Below, in pieces: positions 1 to 8,642 of a stretch of DNA of 20,142 bases. The DNA comes from Deferrisomatales bacterium (lineage in GTDB: Bacteria; Desulfobacterota; Deferrisomatia; Deferrisomatales; JACRMM01). The number at the start of each line of letters is the position of its first letter. Positions within the stretch are counted from its first letter, which is position 1. The stretch is from NCBI GenBank assembly GCA_033551855.1, contig JAWSUI010000062.1, forward strand, positions 1 through 20,142, written 5' to 3'. The notes under the pieces were generated by a model. That model made no database searches. It was not told where the DNA came from and saw only the letters and a program-made list of their open reading frames with translations. Position numbers and translations under genes: made by a program.

Positions 1-283
1 CTAACCTTCTTTCTGTGTCAGCTGACTTCTTATATAACGTAAGTGAAATCGTGCAGTTCTTCCCGCCCCACCCCCGCATGTGTCGCGGTAGTGTCAACTT
101 TCCCTACCGCCCGACAGCCCGCGTCCGGAACCCGACCGCGGGGACGGCGGTGGGGTTTGCGGCACTCCGCCCACGAGGCACAGGGATCACCCGCGTACCC
201 CATCGGCAAGACACAACATACTGCAGCTACGGGGCTGCTTTGTTGCTTGACGGCAGACGTGCCGGCGGCATCCCCCGCCGCAG

Positions 284-706
284 TCAGTGAGGGAGGGGGT
301 TTTCGATGAGGACACCGTCGATCTCTTGGCCGGCGTTCAGATCCTCGGAGAGCACCCTCGACGCTCCGGCGCGCCGCGCAGCAACCACGATCAGGGCGTC
401 CCAGAAAAAGATCCGGTGTCTCTCCTCCATTTCCGAGGCTTTCCCGATCAGGTCCACATCGATCCCCACTACCGGCCAGGCCGAGTATTGCTGGACGACG
501 TGCCGGGCCACCGCCCGGGGCAGAGGGGACGGGATCTTCCGGGTGACATTCACGTAGAACTCCTGGAGGACCTGCGTGGAAAGGACGCCGGCCCGGCCTC
601 TCCAGAGCTCTTTCAGCACTCTCGCCGCCGCGGCATGTTTCTCCCCGGCATCCCGGTCGTGAGCGTAGATGAGGATGTTCGTGTCGACGAAGACCTTACC
701 GTTCAT
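284..706 (-). CDS. vapC: PIN-domain (VapC-like) toxin ribonuclease, 140 aa
   Basis: MNGKVFVDTNILIYA... has the PIN N-terminal DTN motif, STQVLQEF, FWDALIV and SED acidic residues. ATG at 706 overlaps the end of the upstream antitoxin gene. Confidence 0.93.
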   Translation of the reverse strand: MNGKVFVDTNILIYAHDRDAGEKHAAAARVLKELWRGRAGVLSTQVLQEFYVNVTRKIPSPLPRAVARHVVQQYSAWPVVGIDVDLIGKASEMEERHRIFFWDALIVVAARRAGASRVLSEDLNAGQEIDGVLIENPLPH

Positions 707-935
707 GCCACTGCTCGCGGCTCGCAAGAATCTGCCCCCCCAAGGGGAACCCGTCTTCCAGATACGAGAGGGCGGCTCGCTGGGCCGTTTCGTACCGCTC
801 CTCCTCTTCGACGAGCCTCTCCACGAGTACGGCGAGCAACCCGGTGACCGAGGTGTTCCTCCTCGCCGCGAGGACCTTCGCCTTTCGAATCGTTTCCGGG
901 CTGAGGGCAATCGTGAGGTTTTGTCGGGCTCTCAA
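696..935 (-). CDS. Putative ribbon-helix-helix antitoxin (DUF6364/CopG-like), about 79 aa
   Basis: RQNLTIALSPETIRKAKVLAARRNTSVTGLL fits an RHH pattern, and the C-terminus SREQWHER is typical of PIN partners. TTG start at 935 follows a GGAG; ATG at 962 is an alternative. Overlaps the PIN gene. Confidence 0.85.
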   Translation of the reverse strand: MRARQNLTIALSPETIRKAKVLAARRNTSVTGLLAVLVERLVEEEERYETAQRAALSYLEDGFPLGGQILASREQWHER

Positions 936-975
936 GCGAACCGCTCCAAGAGAAGGTGTCATGCACGTCGCTCCA

Positions 976-1004
976 CGTGTAACACGCAATCCGCGTGTTC
1001 GCAA
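976..1004 (-). promoter_or_regulatory. Putative sigma70 promoter of the TA operon with overlapping operator inverted repeat
   Basis: Minus strand reads TTGCGA-17 nt-TACACG. A perfect inverted repeat AACACGC-N5-GCGTGTT at 981-999 covers the spacer, as expected for RHH autorepression. Confidence 0.6.
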
Positions 1005-1073
1005 GCATTCGATGCATTGGATGAAGACCTGCGTAGAGAGCACAGCCCCGCCGAGGGCCCCCCGCCGAGGGGA

Positions 1074-1133
1074 CGCTGGTGGCTTTCGTGCCTTCCTTCC
1101 CTGTCGCCGGAGTCGGGACGCTTTGGCCCGCCT
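1074..1133. repeat. Dispersed intergenic repeat, copy 1 (copy 2 at 9960-10020)
   Basis: 1074-1101 CGCTGGTGGCTTTCGTGCCTTCCTTCCC matches 9960-9987 CGCTGGCGGCTTGCGTGCCTTCCTGCCC at 25/28. Both are followed about 25 nt later by GCCCGCCT. Confidence 0.6.
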
Positions 1134-1274
1134 TTGACGGTTGTGTCCTATAAACTCCATAATTTCCTACAGTTGCAACACACAGACCTTGACGTGGCAC
1201 CATGGTGTCGGATGCATCGGTGGGGGTATGGTGGCTCTCGCATCGCATCGGCGGTAAGGCACATAAACCACAAG

Positions 1275-1306
1275 CGTCCCCGCCGCGGGGCGTCCCCGCC
1301 GCGGGG
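1275..1306. repeat. Perfect 16-bp tandem duplication (CGTCCCCGCCGCGGGG)x2
   Basis: Read directly at 1275-1290 and 1291-1306. Confidence 0.9.
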
Positions 1307-1307
1307 C

Positions 1308-1380
1308 TCCAGGTTCGCAGCAGACTGGACGAGGCGGACAACGTCCACGTCGAGCGCGTGAGACGGCGCTGACGCGAATC
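1308..1380 (+). repeat. Inverted, diverged copy of the 3' end of the cytochrome c gene (partner 5572-5645)
   Basis: Matches the reverse complement of 5572-5645 with 6 substitutions and 1 indel. It includes ...NVHVERVRRR-stop, and weaker similarity continues to about 1407/5543. Confidence 0.9.
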
Positions 1381-1637
1381 TGTTGAGGGGCAACCTGGCT
1401 GGCCGGGACTGGTGGTTTATGTAGCGCTTCGGCGATAAGGCCAAGGAACACAACGGGTCTTTCGCCGTTCCGCCGCCCCTCGACCAGGTTCTCCAGACCC
1501 GCCCCCCCAGATTGCCGGCTCATCTCCTGGCAGCGCGGCTTCTTTGACACCCGGTCGGGGCCTCTCTAGAGTCTATCCACGATGGCGAGCACCGGGAGCC
1601 GCTGCGGCACCCGGCGCGTGGAGGGAAAGGAGTCGGG

Positions 1638-4600
1638 TTGTCTCGGGGCATCAAGCGCATGGTGCTCGGGCTCGGTGCCGTCTTGGCGGTCCTTGCGGCA
1701 TTCCTCGTCCTGGTCGCCGCGATTGGGGTGTACCGCCCGGCAACGATGATGCCCCTGGCCGAGAAGCTCCTGCGGCCGCCGGGGGGTACGGCCTCCCTGG
1801 AGGGCCTGGAGGTCGGCCTCCGGCCCCCGGTCCTCGTCCTGCAGGGCCTCGACGTCCGCTGGGCCGATCCCGATGACCGCCTTCGCCTGGAGCGACTCCG
1901 AGCCGTCATCGTTCCGGGCCGAGTCCTCGGCCGCGACCCCTGGCTCCGAGCGCTCGAGATCCACGGCCTGGAGGTCCGGCGGCACCTGCGCGGCGAGGGA
2001 ACCGGCGGGCCGCCGGACCTGTCTCCGCTTTCCTGGCTCTTTGCCGTGGAGGACCTCACGGTACGGGAGGCCCGGTTCGACGTGGACGTGGGTGGCACGG
2101 AGGTGACCCTGGACGGACTCTCCCTGAGCCTGACCCCTGTGGGAGACACGGCGCGGGCGCTCGCCCTGGAGGCCGGGATCGGCCTCCGGCGGGCAGGGGC
2201 GACCCCGACCCGGGGCTGGATCCGGGGTATCGGGGAGATCACCGCGGAGCAGACGCTGGCCCTGCGCCTGGACCTGACCGTCCCGAGCCCCGCAGTGAGC
2301 GGCCTCGGCGGCGACCTCAACGCGAACGCCGACCTTGCGCTGAGCCCGAAACGCATGGAAGTGGGAGCGCTGGAGCTGGAGCTCTCCGGCGCCCGCCTCC
2401 GCTGGACGTCCGGGGAGGCGTGGGAGCTCGGCACGGGCCGCGCGTCCCTGGCGGGCGGGGTCGGGCTAGACGGCTCGGACCCGCGCGTCGAGCTCAGCCG
2501 GCTCGATGTCGGCGACCTGCTTCAGGGCCGCGGAAGCGTCTCGGGCCCGACCCTGGCCCGGCTGTCCGGCCGCATGGATGCCACCCTCTTGGACGTCGGC
2601 CTCCTGAAGGCGGGTCTGTCGCCGCTCCTTCCCGCCGACCTCCGGGACCTCGACGCGGGGGGCGAGCTGCTCCTCCGGCTCGAGGGTTCTGCCAGCCGGG
2701 ACGGCCTCTCTCTGGCCCTGGACGCACGGCCCGAAGAGATCGTCCTTTCCTGGCCGAGCCGGGGGCTCGAGGCCCGCCTGGGAGGCACCCTGCGGGTCAC
2801 GGCGCCCCTGCGCGGACCGACCGCGGAGACGTGGGCCGAGACCGCCCTGGAGGGTCGTTTGGAGGCCGTGGCCGACCTGGCACGCCCGCCACTGGCGGTG
2901 CGGTCCGTGCACCTCGCCCTGCCGCTATCGGGCTCGGTCTCGGCGCTCCGCTCCCGGGGGGCCTCCCTCTCCGTAGGCTCCGGCCAGGTGCTGTGGGACG
3001 GCCGAACCCTGCCCCTGGGAAACCTCAGCGCCCAGGGCAACATGGCTCTCGACGGGGCTGCGGTTCGCATCGACGCCTTTCGGATCGAGTCGGGGGCTCT
3101 GGGCCGTATAGAGGGAGAGGCAACCCTGGACGCCGGAGTCCGGACCGCCCGCCTCACCGGGGACTCCTTTCCGCTGGGTCCCCTCTCAGACCTCCTGTGG
3201 GCGGCGGCGGACCTCCCGGGGCAGGCCTGGCACGCCGAGGGCTCGGCCGCCGTCACCGCCCGGGTGGATCCCGCCGAGGGCGGAGAGCGGGTGGCGGCGG
3301 AGCTCCGGCTCCTGGGGGCGGGGTTCAGCTCTCCGGACGGCGAGCTCCTGGCTCAGGGACTCGAGGGGAGCCTGGCACTGGAGTCGCGAACCGGGCCTAG
3401 CCCCGCCGCTCCACAGCTCATGGGTGAGCTGAGCCTCGGTCGGGGCGAAGCCCTATGGGGCACCGTGTACCTGGACCTCTCCCGCTCGCCCCTCGACGTC
3501 CGCCTCAGCGGCTCGCCCAGGAGCGGCGCCCTAGAGAACGCTGCAGCCTCAAGCCGACTCCAGGGGTTCGCCAGCCTGCGCGTCACCGGCGACCTGCGCC
3601 GCGAGGAGGACCGCTGGCGCCACCGGGGCCGTCTCGTGGTGGACGAGGCCGCCCTGGGGCCCCTGTTCCAAACGTTCGTGAGGGAGCCGCTCGCCGCCTC
3701 ACGCCCCGATCTCGGCGTCCTGCAGGCCGGGGGAATCGGCAGACTGGAGCTCGAGTTCGAGGGGTTGGACCGGGACGCGGACCTTCGGGGCCGCCTCGAG
3801 GTGCGCTCTGCCGGGCTGACGGCCGAAGGCGAACCCGCGATGGTGTCCGGGCTCGACCTCGACCTTCCCCTCTCCTATGCCCTGAGCCGCACCCGGGGAT
3901 CCGCCGCCCCCCCCGCAGGGGCCGGCTGGGGGCGCCTCCGTGCAGAGAGCCTGGCACTAGCCGGAGCAGAGCTGGGACCGCTGGACCTTCCGGTGGCCCT
4001 CGTGCCCAACCGCCTCTATCTCGGCGGCACGCTGGAATTCCCCCTCCTCGGGGGGCACCTCGTCGTGAGCCGAATCGTGCTGGAGGAACCCCTCTCCCCG
4101 GACTTCCGCGCGACCTTTGCGGCGGACGTGGAGGAGCTGGACCTAGGCCGGACGGCCTTGGAGAGGTTGACCGCGGAGGGGAGCCTTCGGGGCGCCCTCG
4201 ACCCCGTCACGGTCGATGCTCGCGAGCTCGCCGCGGCCGGGACACTCACGGGCGAGCTGTTCGGCGGCCGGCTCCAGGCCCGCAACCTCGCGGTTCGGCA
4301 CCCCTTCGCGGCGGGCCGTGAGATCGCCGGCGACTTCGAGGCGATCGGCATGGACCTGGCGCAACTCAGCCGGGCCCTCGACGTGGGGCAGGTCACCGGT
4401 CGGCTCTCGGCCTCGCTCACCGGTCTGCGCGTGGCCTACGGCCAGCCCGTGGCCTTCCACCTCCGGGCGGAGTCGCAGCCGGCCAAGGGGGTGGATCAGC
4501 AGGTGAGCCTCAAGGCAGTCAATACGATCTCGCTCCTCAGCACCGGGTCCGCCATCGGGGGGGCCGGCGTCTCGTTCATGACCAGCCTGTTCCGTCAGTT

Positions 4601-4823
4601 CCCCTATGACCGGATCGGCTTCGAGTGCGGTCTCGAGAACGACGTGTTCACGGTGCGAGGCCTCATCCGGGAGCATGGGGTAGAATACCTGGTGAAGCGG
4701 CCGTTCCTCGGGGGCATCAATGTGATCAACCAGAACCCGGACAATCGGATCCGCTTCTCGGACATGGTCCGGAGGCTGACGAGACTGACCCAGGAGAACA
4801 TCGGACCCGAAACCCGGCCCTGA
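1638..4823 (+). CDS. ydbH: AsmA-like/YdbH-family intermembrane lipid-bridge protein, 1061 aa
   Basis: TTG start after GGAG, one N-terminal TM helix, long Gly/Leu-rich amphipathic beta-strand repeats, and a C-terminal FPYDRIGFECGLENDVF...GINVIN...IRFSDMVRRL region. Directly followed by a YdbL-type gene, as in the ydbH-ynbE-ydbL operon. Confidence 0.75.
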   Translation: MSRGIKRMVLGLGAVLAVLAAFLVLVAAIGVYRPATMMPLAEKLLRPPGGTASLEGLEVGLRPPVLVLQGLDVRWADPDDRLRLERLRAVIVPGRVLGRDPWLRALEIHGLEVRRHLRGEGTGGPPDLSPLSWLFAVEDLTVREARFDVDVGGTEVTLDGLSLSLTPVGDTARALALEAGIGLRRAGATPTRGWIRGIGEITAEQTLALRLDLTVPSPAVSGLGGDLNANADLALSPKRMEVGALELELSGARLRWTSGEAWELGTGRASLAGGVGLDGSDPRVELSRLDVGDLLQGRGSVSGPTLARLSGRMDATLLDVGLLKAGLSPLLPADLRDLDAGGELLLRLEGSASRDGLSLALDARPEEIVLSWPSRGLEARLGGTLRVTAPLRGPTAETWAETALEGRLEAVADLARPPLAVRSVHLALPLSGSVSALRSRGASLSVGSGQVLWDGRTLPLGNLSAQGNMALDGAAVRIDAFRIESGALGRIEGEATLDAGVRTARLTGDSFPLGPLSDLLWAAADLPGQAWHAEGSAAVTARVDPAEGGERVAAELRLLGAGFSSPDGELLAQGLEGSLALESRTGPSPAAPQLMGELSLGRGEALWGTVYLDLSRSPLDVRLSGSPRSGALENAAASSRLQGFASLRVTGDLRREEDRWRHRGRLVVDEAALGPLFQTFVREPLAASRPDLGVLQAGGIGRLELEFEGLDRDADLRGRLEVRSAGLTAEGEPAMVSGLDLDLPLSYALSRTRGSAAPPAGAGWGRLRAESLALAGAELGPLDLPVALVPNRLYLGGTLEFPLLGGHLVVSRIVLEEPLSPDFRATFAADVEELDLGRTALERLTAEGSLRGALDPVTVDARELAAAGTLTGELFGGRLQARNLAVRHPFAAGREIAGDFEAIGMDLAQLSRALDVGQVTGRLSASLTGLRVAYGQPVAFHLRAESQPAKGVDQQVSLKAVNTISLLSTGSAIGGAGVSFMTSLFRQFPYDRIGFECGLENDVFTVRGLIREHGVEYLVKRPFLGGINVINQNPDNRIRFSDMVRRLTRLTQENIGPETRP

Positions 4824-4845
4824 GCGGGCCGAGAGAGGAGACCCC

Positions 4846-5448
4846 ATGGGATCCCTTCGGAAGCTGTGGCCCCCGAACCTCCCCCCCCTGGCCCCCTTGA
4901 CCGTCGCGGCCTTCTTGGCCGCCTGCGTGACGGTGAACATTTACTTCCCGGCGGCCAAGGTGGAAGAAGCCGCGAAGCAGATCGTGGAGGAGGTCTACCA
5001 GGAAAAGGGGGAGAGACCCCAGACCTTCCGCGACCCCTCCCCGGGCACCGGCGGATGGCCGGCGTGGCTCGGACCCCGGGAGGCCCACGCCCAGGAGGCC
5101 GCGACCGTCAGCAACGCCGCCATCCGGGCACTGAAGGACCAGATCGCCCAGCGCCACGGCCAGCTCGCCCCACACTACGCACAGGGGCAGATCGGCATCG
5201 ACCGCGAAGGGTACCTGCAGGTGCGCGACACCGCCGGCCTCGGGCTGTCCGAGGTGGCGAGCCTGAAGCGCTTGGTGGAGGCGGACAACACAGCCCGACG
5301 CCAGCTCTACGCGGAGGTCGCCCGAGCCCTGAACATCGAGCCCCAGCAGGTGGGTCAGATCCAGGAGATATTTGCCCGGGAGTGGCGCGACAAAGCCCAG
5401 GCCGGCTGGTGGGTGCAGGACGACGCCGGGGTGTGGAACCAGCGATAG
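4846..5448 (+). CDS. ydbL: YdbL (DUF1318) family lipoprotein with YnbE-like N-terminus, 200 aa
   Basis: RBS GAGGAG, lipobox FLAA-C then VTVNIYFPAA. DUF1318-like core GQIGIDREGYL...LVEADNTARRQLYAEVA...FAREWRDKAQAGWWVQDDAGVW. Confidence 0.85.
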   Translation: MGSLRKLWPPNLPPLAPLTVAAFLAACVTVNIYFPAAKVEEAAKQIVEEVYQEKGERPQTFRDPSPGTGGWPAWLGPREAHAQEAATVSNAAIRALKDQIAQRHGQLAPHYAQGQIGIDREGYLQVRDTAGLGLSEVASLKRLVEADNTARRQLYAEVARALNIEPQQVGQIQEIFAREWRDKAQAGWWVQDDAGVWNQR

Positions 5449-5580
5449 TCTGTCCAGGTCTTGACCGGATTCAGACCCTCGACCACGGCTGAATTGTCAC
5501 GATGCAGCGGACCACACGGCAGGAGGTGTGCGACCGGGCGAACCCGATCAACCCGGGCGGCCCCCCAACCGGATTCGGCG

Positions 5581-6531
5581 TCAGCGCCGTCTCACGCGTT
5601 CGACGTGGACGTTGCCGGCTTCGTCCAGTGTGCCGCGAACCTGGACGTAGTCGCCGGGCCCGGGGCTGTCGTCGAACCGCGTGCGGGGGCCGATGACCAG
5701 GGGCAGGCCGTCGAGCTGCCGGCCGGGGTCGAGGGTTCCGTGCAGGCGCACGGACGCCCCTGCCGGGACTCTGGCGGGCGTCCCGTGTTCGTCGGGAGCC
5801 CCCTGGGCGATCCATTCCTCCACCAGGCGGGTCTCCGCCTCGTCCAGGTAGGGAGGGCCGTCCAGCGGCATGCGCGGGCGTGCCTGACCCCGGATGCGCC
5901 GGAGGAACTCGCTCGCCTCAGGGTGGCCGGGAACCACCCGCGCCCGGTCCCGGGTTGCGAGCGTCTCCTCGTAGGAAGTCAACCGATACCCCTCCGGTGC
6001 AGGGCCCATGATGCCGTCGGCCGCGTGGCACCGGGCGCACTGCGCCAAGAGGATCGGCTCCACCTCTCGATAGGTCACCAACCCGCCCGGTCCCACGGGC
6101 TGCGGGACCACGGGCACCGAGGGCGCCGCAGCGGCAGGGCCCTCCGCGCCCTTCTCCACCCAACGCTCCAGCAGGGCGATCTCGTCCTCGGACAGAAACG
6201 GGGGGCCGGTCATCGGCATGCGCGGCCGAGCAGTGCCCTTGACTCGGCGGATGAGCTCGCTGGCCGCAGGGTCGCCCGGCTCGACGACCGCCCCGTTGAC
6301 GCTCCCCTCCCGCAGGGCCTCATAGCCGTCGAGCCGAAGGCCGAGTGGAGCTGCTTCCCCGGAATGACAGATCACGCACCGCTGGTTCAGGACCGGAGCG
6401 ACGTCCGCGTAGCTCGGGTCGGCGGCGGAGACCGCCGGCATTCGGGTCATCCCCAACAGGAGGAAAGATGCGAGACAGATCACGCGGAGAACAGACCGGG
6501 AGGACATGGACCACGGGAACGTCGGCAGCAT
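5581..6531 (-). CDS. Exported dihaem cytochrome c (two planctomycete-type cytochrome c domains) with C-terminal DUF5666-like domain, 316 aa
   Basis: RBS GAGGAG and a hydrophobic signal sequence. Two repeated domains carry CVICH...PGDPAASEL...RMP and CARCH...PGHPEASEF...RMP. The C-terminus TRFDDSPGPGDYVQVRGTL is DUF5666-like. Confidence 0.88.
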   Translation of the reverse strand: MLPTFPWSMSSRSVLRVICLASFLLLGMTRMPAVSAADPSYADVAPVLNQRCVICHSGEAAPLGLRLDGYEALREGSVNGAVVEPGDPAASELIRRVKGTARPRMPMTGPPFLSEDEIALLERWVEKGAEGPAAAAPSVPVVPQPVGPGGLVTYREVEPILLAQCARCHAADGIMGPAPEGYRLTSYEETLATRDRARVVPGHPEASEFLRRIRGQARPRMPLDGPPYLDEAETRLVEEWIAQGAPDEHGTPARVPAGASVRLHGTLDPGRQLDGLPLVIGPRTRFDDSPGPGDYVQVRGTLDEAGNVHVERVRRR

Positions 6532-6593
6532 CGGGGTCTCCTCGAAAAAGAGCCCTTCCGGAAACTCAGTGGGTCAAGCAAGAGCAAGAACGA

Positions 6594-6661
6594 TCTCGCG
6601 CAGAGGCGCTGCGACGCGGAGGAATTCGTCTTTCCCTGCGCCTCTGCGGCTTTGCGCGAGA
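6594..6661. repeat. REP-like imperfect palindrome built of CGCAGAGG-type units
   Basis: Arms TCTCGCGCAGAGGCGC... and ...CTGCGCCTCTGCGGCTTTGCGCGAGA; the outer 9 bp are perfectly complementary. Confidence 0.7.
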
Positions 6662-6917
6662 ACACGATGGTTCCTCGCGCCCTCAGAAAACCCCGAAGCT
6701 CCCGAAAAAGCTCTTGCTGCCCCCTTCAGCGCGGACTTCCGAGTCGGGAGGGCCGGTACACTATAGCGAATTATGCGCCTTTCTTCTCGGCGGCGCATTC
6801 CCGGCGCGCCGTGTCGATGGCGCTACGCACCTGACCGGGTACGGAGGAGGCAGCCGAGGGGGTCAGCGGGGCGGTGGGGTCGGTGGGGGAGACCGTACCC
6901 CTGGGCAGGAACGGCGC

Positions 6918-6945
6918 TCGACCTGCCGTCTGAGTAGCCTATAGT
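6918..6945 (+). promoter_or_regulatory. Possible sigma70 promoter for the multicopper oxidase genes
   Basis: TCGACC-16 nt-TATAGT, about 150 nt upstream of the 7093 start. Confidence 0.3.
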
Positions 6946-7092
6946 TTCGATGGCATCAAGTTTTCCCTGCGACTGCGGCATTTCCTGTTGCGCCGGGGGA
7001 GCTCGGGGGTCCGCAAGGAAGCCCGGAGACTCACCACCCTCGGGGTAGAGCTGTGAAGGCCGTGTCTTGAATCCCTTGGGAGGAGAGCCATC

Positions 7093-8549
7093 GTGAAGAG
7101 ACGGGAATTCCTTCGTTTCGGGTCCTGCGGCCTGGCCGCTGTGACCTTCGGGACTGTGAGTCTCCCGAGCTTTCTCCGAACGGGCCGAGCGCATGCCGCC
7201 TCTCCATCCGGGGCGCTCCCTCTCACACTGATCGAAGCCAATGCCGAGATGGTCGACGGCACCCTCGTCTACTCCTGGGCCTTCGACGGTCCGGCCGGGC
7301 CGCGGATTCCGGGACCGCTGCTTCTCGCGACGGAGGGGAGAGGATCCGCCTGGAGGTCCGAAACGAGATTCCGAACGGGGGCGACCACGGCTTTGCCGTG
7401 CCGGGCGTTGTGGACAGTGGCCCCATCCCCCACGGGGCGACGGTGCCCGTGGAGTTCACCGCCCCGGAGGCCGGGACATACCTCTACTTTGACCCGTTCA
7501 ACGCGCCAGTCAACAGGGTCATGGGTCTGCACGGGGTGTTGCTGGTCACACCTTCCGCCGTGGGCAGCGATACCCCCTACAGCCGGCCGACTCCCAACGT
7601 CCAGCGCCTGTTCGACGATCTCGGGAGCCCCGGCTGGTCTTCCGGACGCGGCACGAACCACTTTCCGGGGCACCCCTGGGATCCCGACAGGACATGGATC
7701 TGGCTCTTCCATACCGTCGATCCGGACAAGAACGCCCTGCTGGACCCCGAGCGGCCCGGATCGGTCCCCTTCCTGTCGGCCTCCGAGTACCAGCAGGGCT
7801 ACCTGCCGCGCTACTTCACGCTGAACGGCAAGAGCGGTTACTTCGCGGCCGGCCACCATCCGGACGACGACGAGCATGCCTACACCGGGCCCTTGGCAGA
7901 TTACGACCTGCAGCGCGACATCGCGCCATTTGGCAACGTCGGCCAGCCCGCCCTCATCCGAACCGTCAACGCGGGCCTGGCCACCCACTCGCTGCACCCG
8001 CACGGCAACCACTACTACCTGCTCGCGGAAAATGGGACGGTACGCGACAACCTGTGGTGGGTCGACACCTGGACGCTGGCCCCACTGGACCGAAAGGATC
8101 TGCTGCTCCCCTTCATCCGCCCCCCGGAGATCCCCGTGTGGCCGCCGGTGGACGAGCTTTTCCCCCTGCAGTACACGATGCACTGCCACACGGAGATGTC
8201 GCAGACCGCGGCCGGCGGCAACTACCCCCAGGGGGCCGTGACCCACTGGCAGATCGACGGCGACGTGACCCCGGACGACGCGGTGATCCTCGTGGACCGG
8301 GCCGAGATCCGGGTTCGCTCCGGCCGCCTGCTCCTGGAGGGCCGCTGCTCGACGGCGGGGATCGTCCTCGACCTGCACCCCGGCGACGGTAGCGCGCCGG
8401 CCCTCGCGGAGTTTCCCGTGGGCGCGGACGGCCGATGGCGCGTCCAGGGCCGAGCCCTGCCGTTTCTCTCCAGCCGCACTGCCACGGTAATGTTCCACGA
8501 GGGCGACGTGGTGCGCGCGACCCGCACGGTCCCGTTGCAGCTGCGCTGA
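7093..8549 (+). CDS. Tat-exported two-domain multicopper-oxidase-like protein A (about 485 aa reconstructed), interrupted by a 1-nt frameshift at about 7335-7338
   Basis: RBS GGAGG and GTG start; MKRREFL...AHA is a Tat signal. PGPLLLATEG continues in the other frame as ERIRLEVRN...HGFAVPG...GTYLYFD. The C-terminal cupredoxin domain has HSLHPHG and HCH. Either a pseudogene or a homopolymer sequencing error. Confidence 0.85.
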
Positions 8550-8642
8550 CACAGCAGGCCCCTTGCCCCCAAGGCCGGGGGATGAAGGCATTCGAGCCCG
8601 CGCATCCGCTTCAGGAATAGCCCCTAAAATGGAGGACAGATC

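Larger units (their letters stand above)
1244..1441. mobile_element. MITE-like structure: direct repeat - inverted repeat - cargo - inverted repeat - direct repeat
   Basis: Direct repeats 1244-1260 and 1425-1441 match at 15/17. Perfect 11-bp inverted repeats ACATAAACCAC (1261-1271) and GTGGTTTATGT (1412-1422). No transposase is present. Confidence 0.4.

Noticed and set aside
1143..1170. dif-like site (GTGTCCTATAA-ACTCCA-TAATTTCCTAC)
   Set aside because: The left arm resembles a XerC arm, but the right arm matches the XerD consensus TTATGT.AA.T poorly.
1522..1551. SWQRGFFD peptide resembling a RAYT/IS200 transposase motif
   Set aside because: Only about 8 residues, with no surrounding ORF or HUH motif.
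6951..6991. Sigma54 promoter candidates TGGCAT...TTTC and CGGCAT...TTGC
   Set aside because: The first lacks the -12 GC; the second has GG-N11-GC spacing instead of the required N10.
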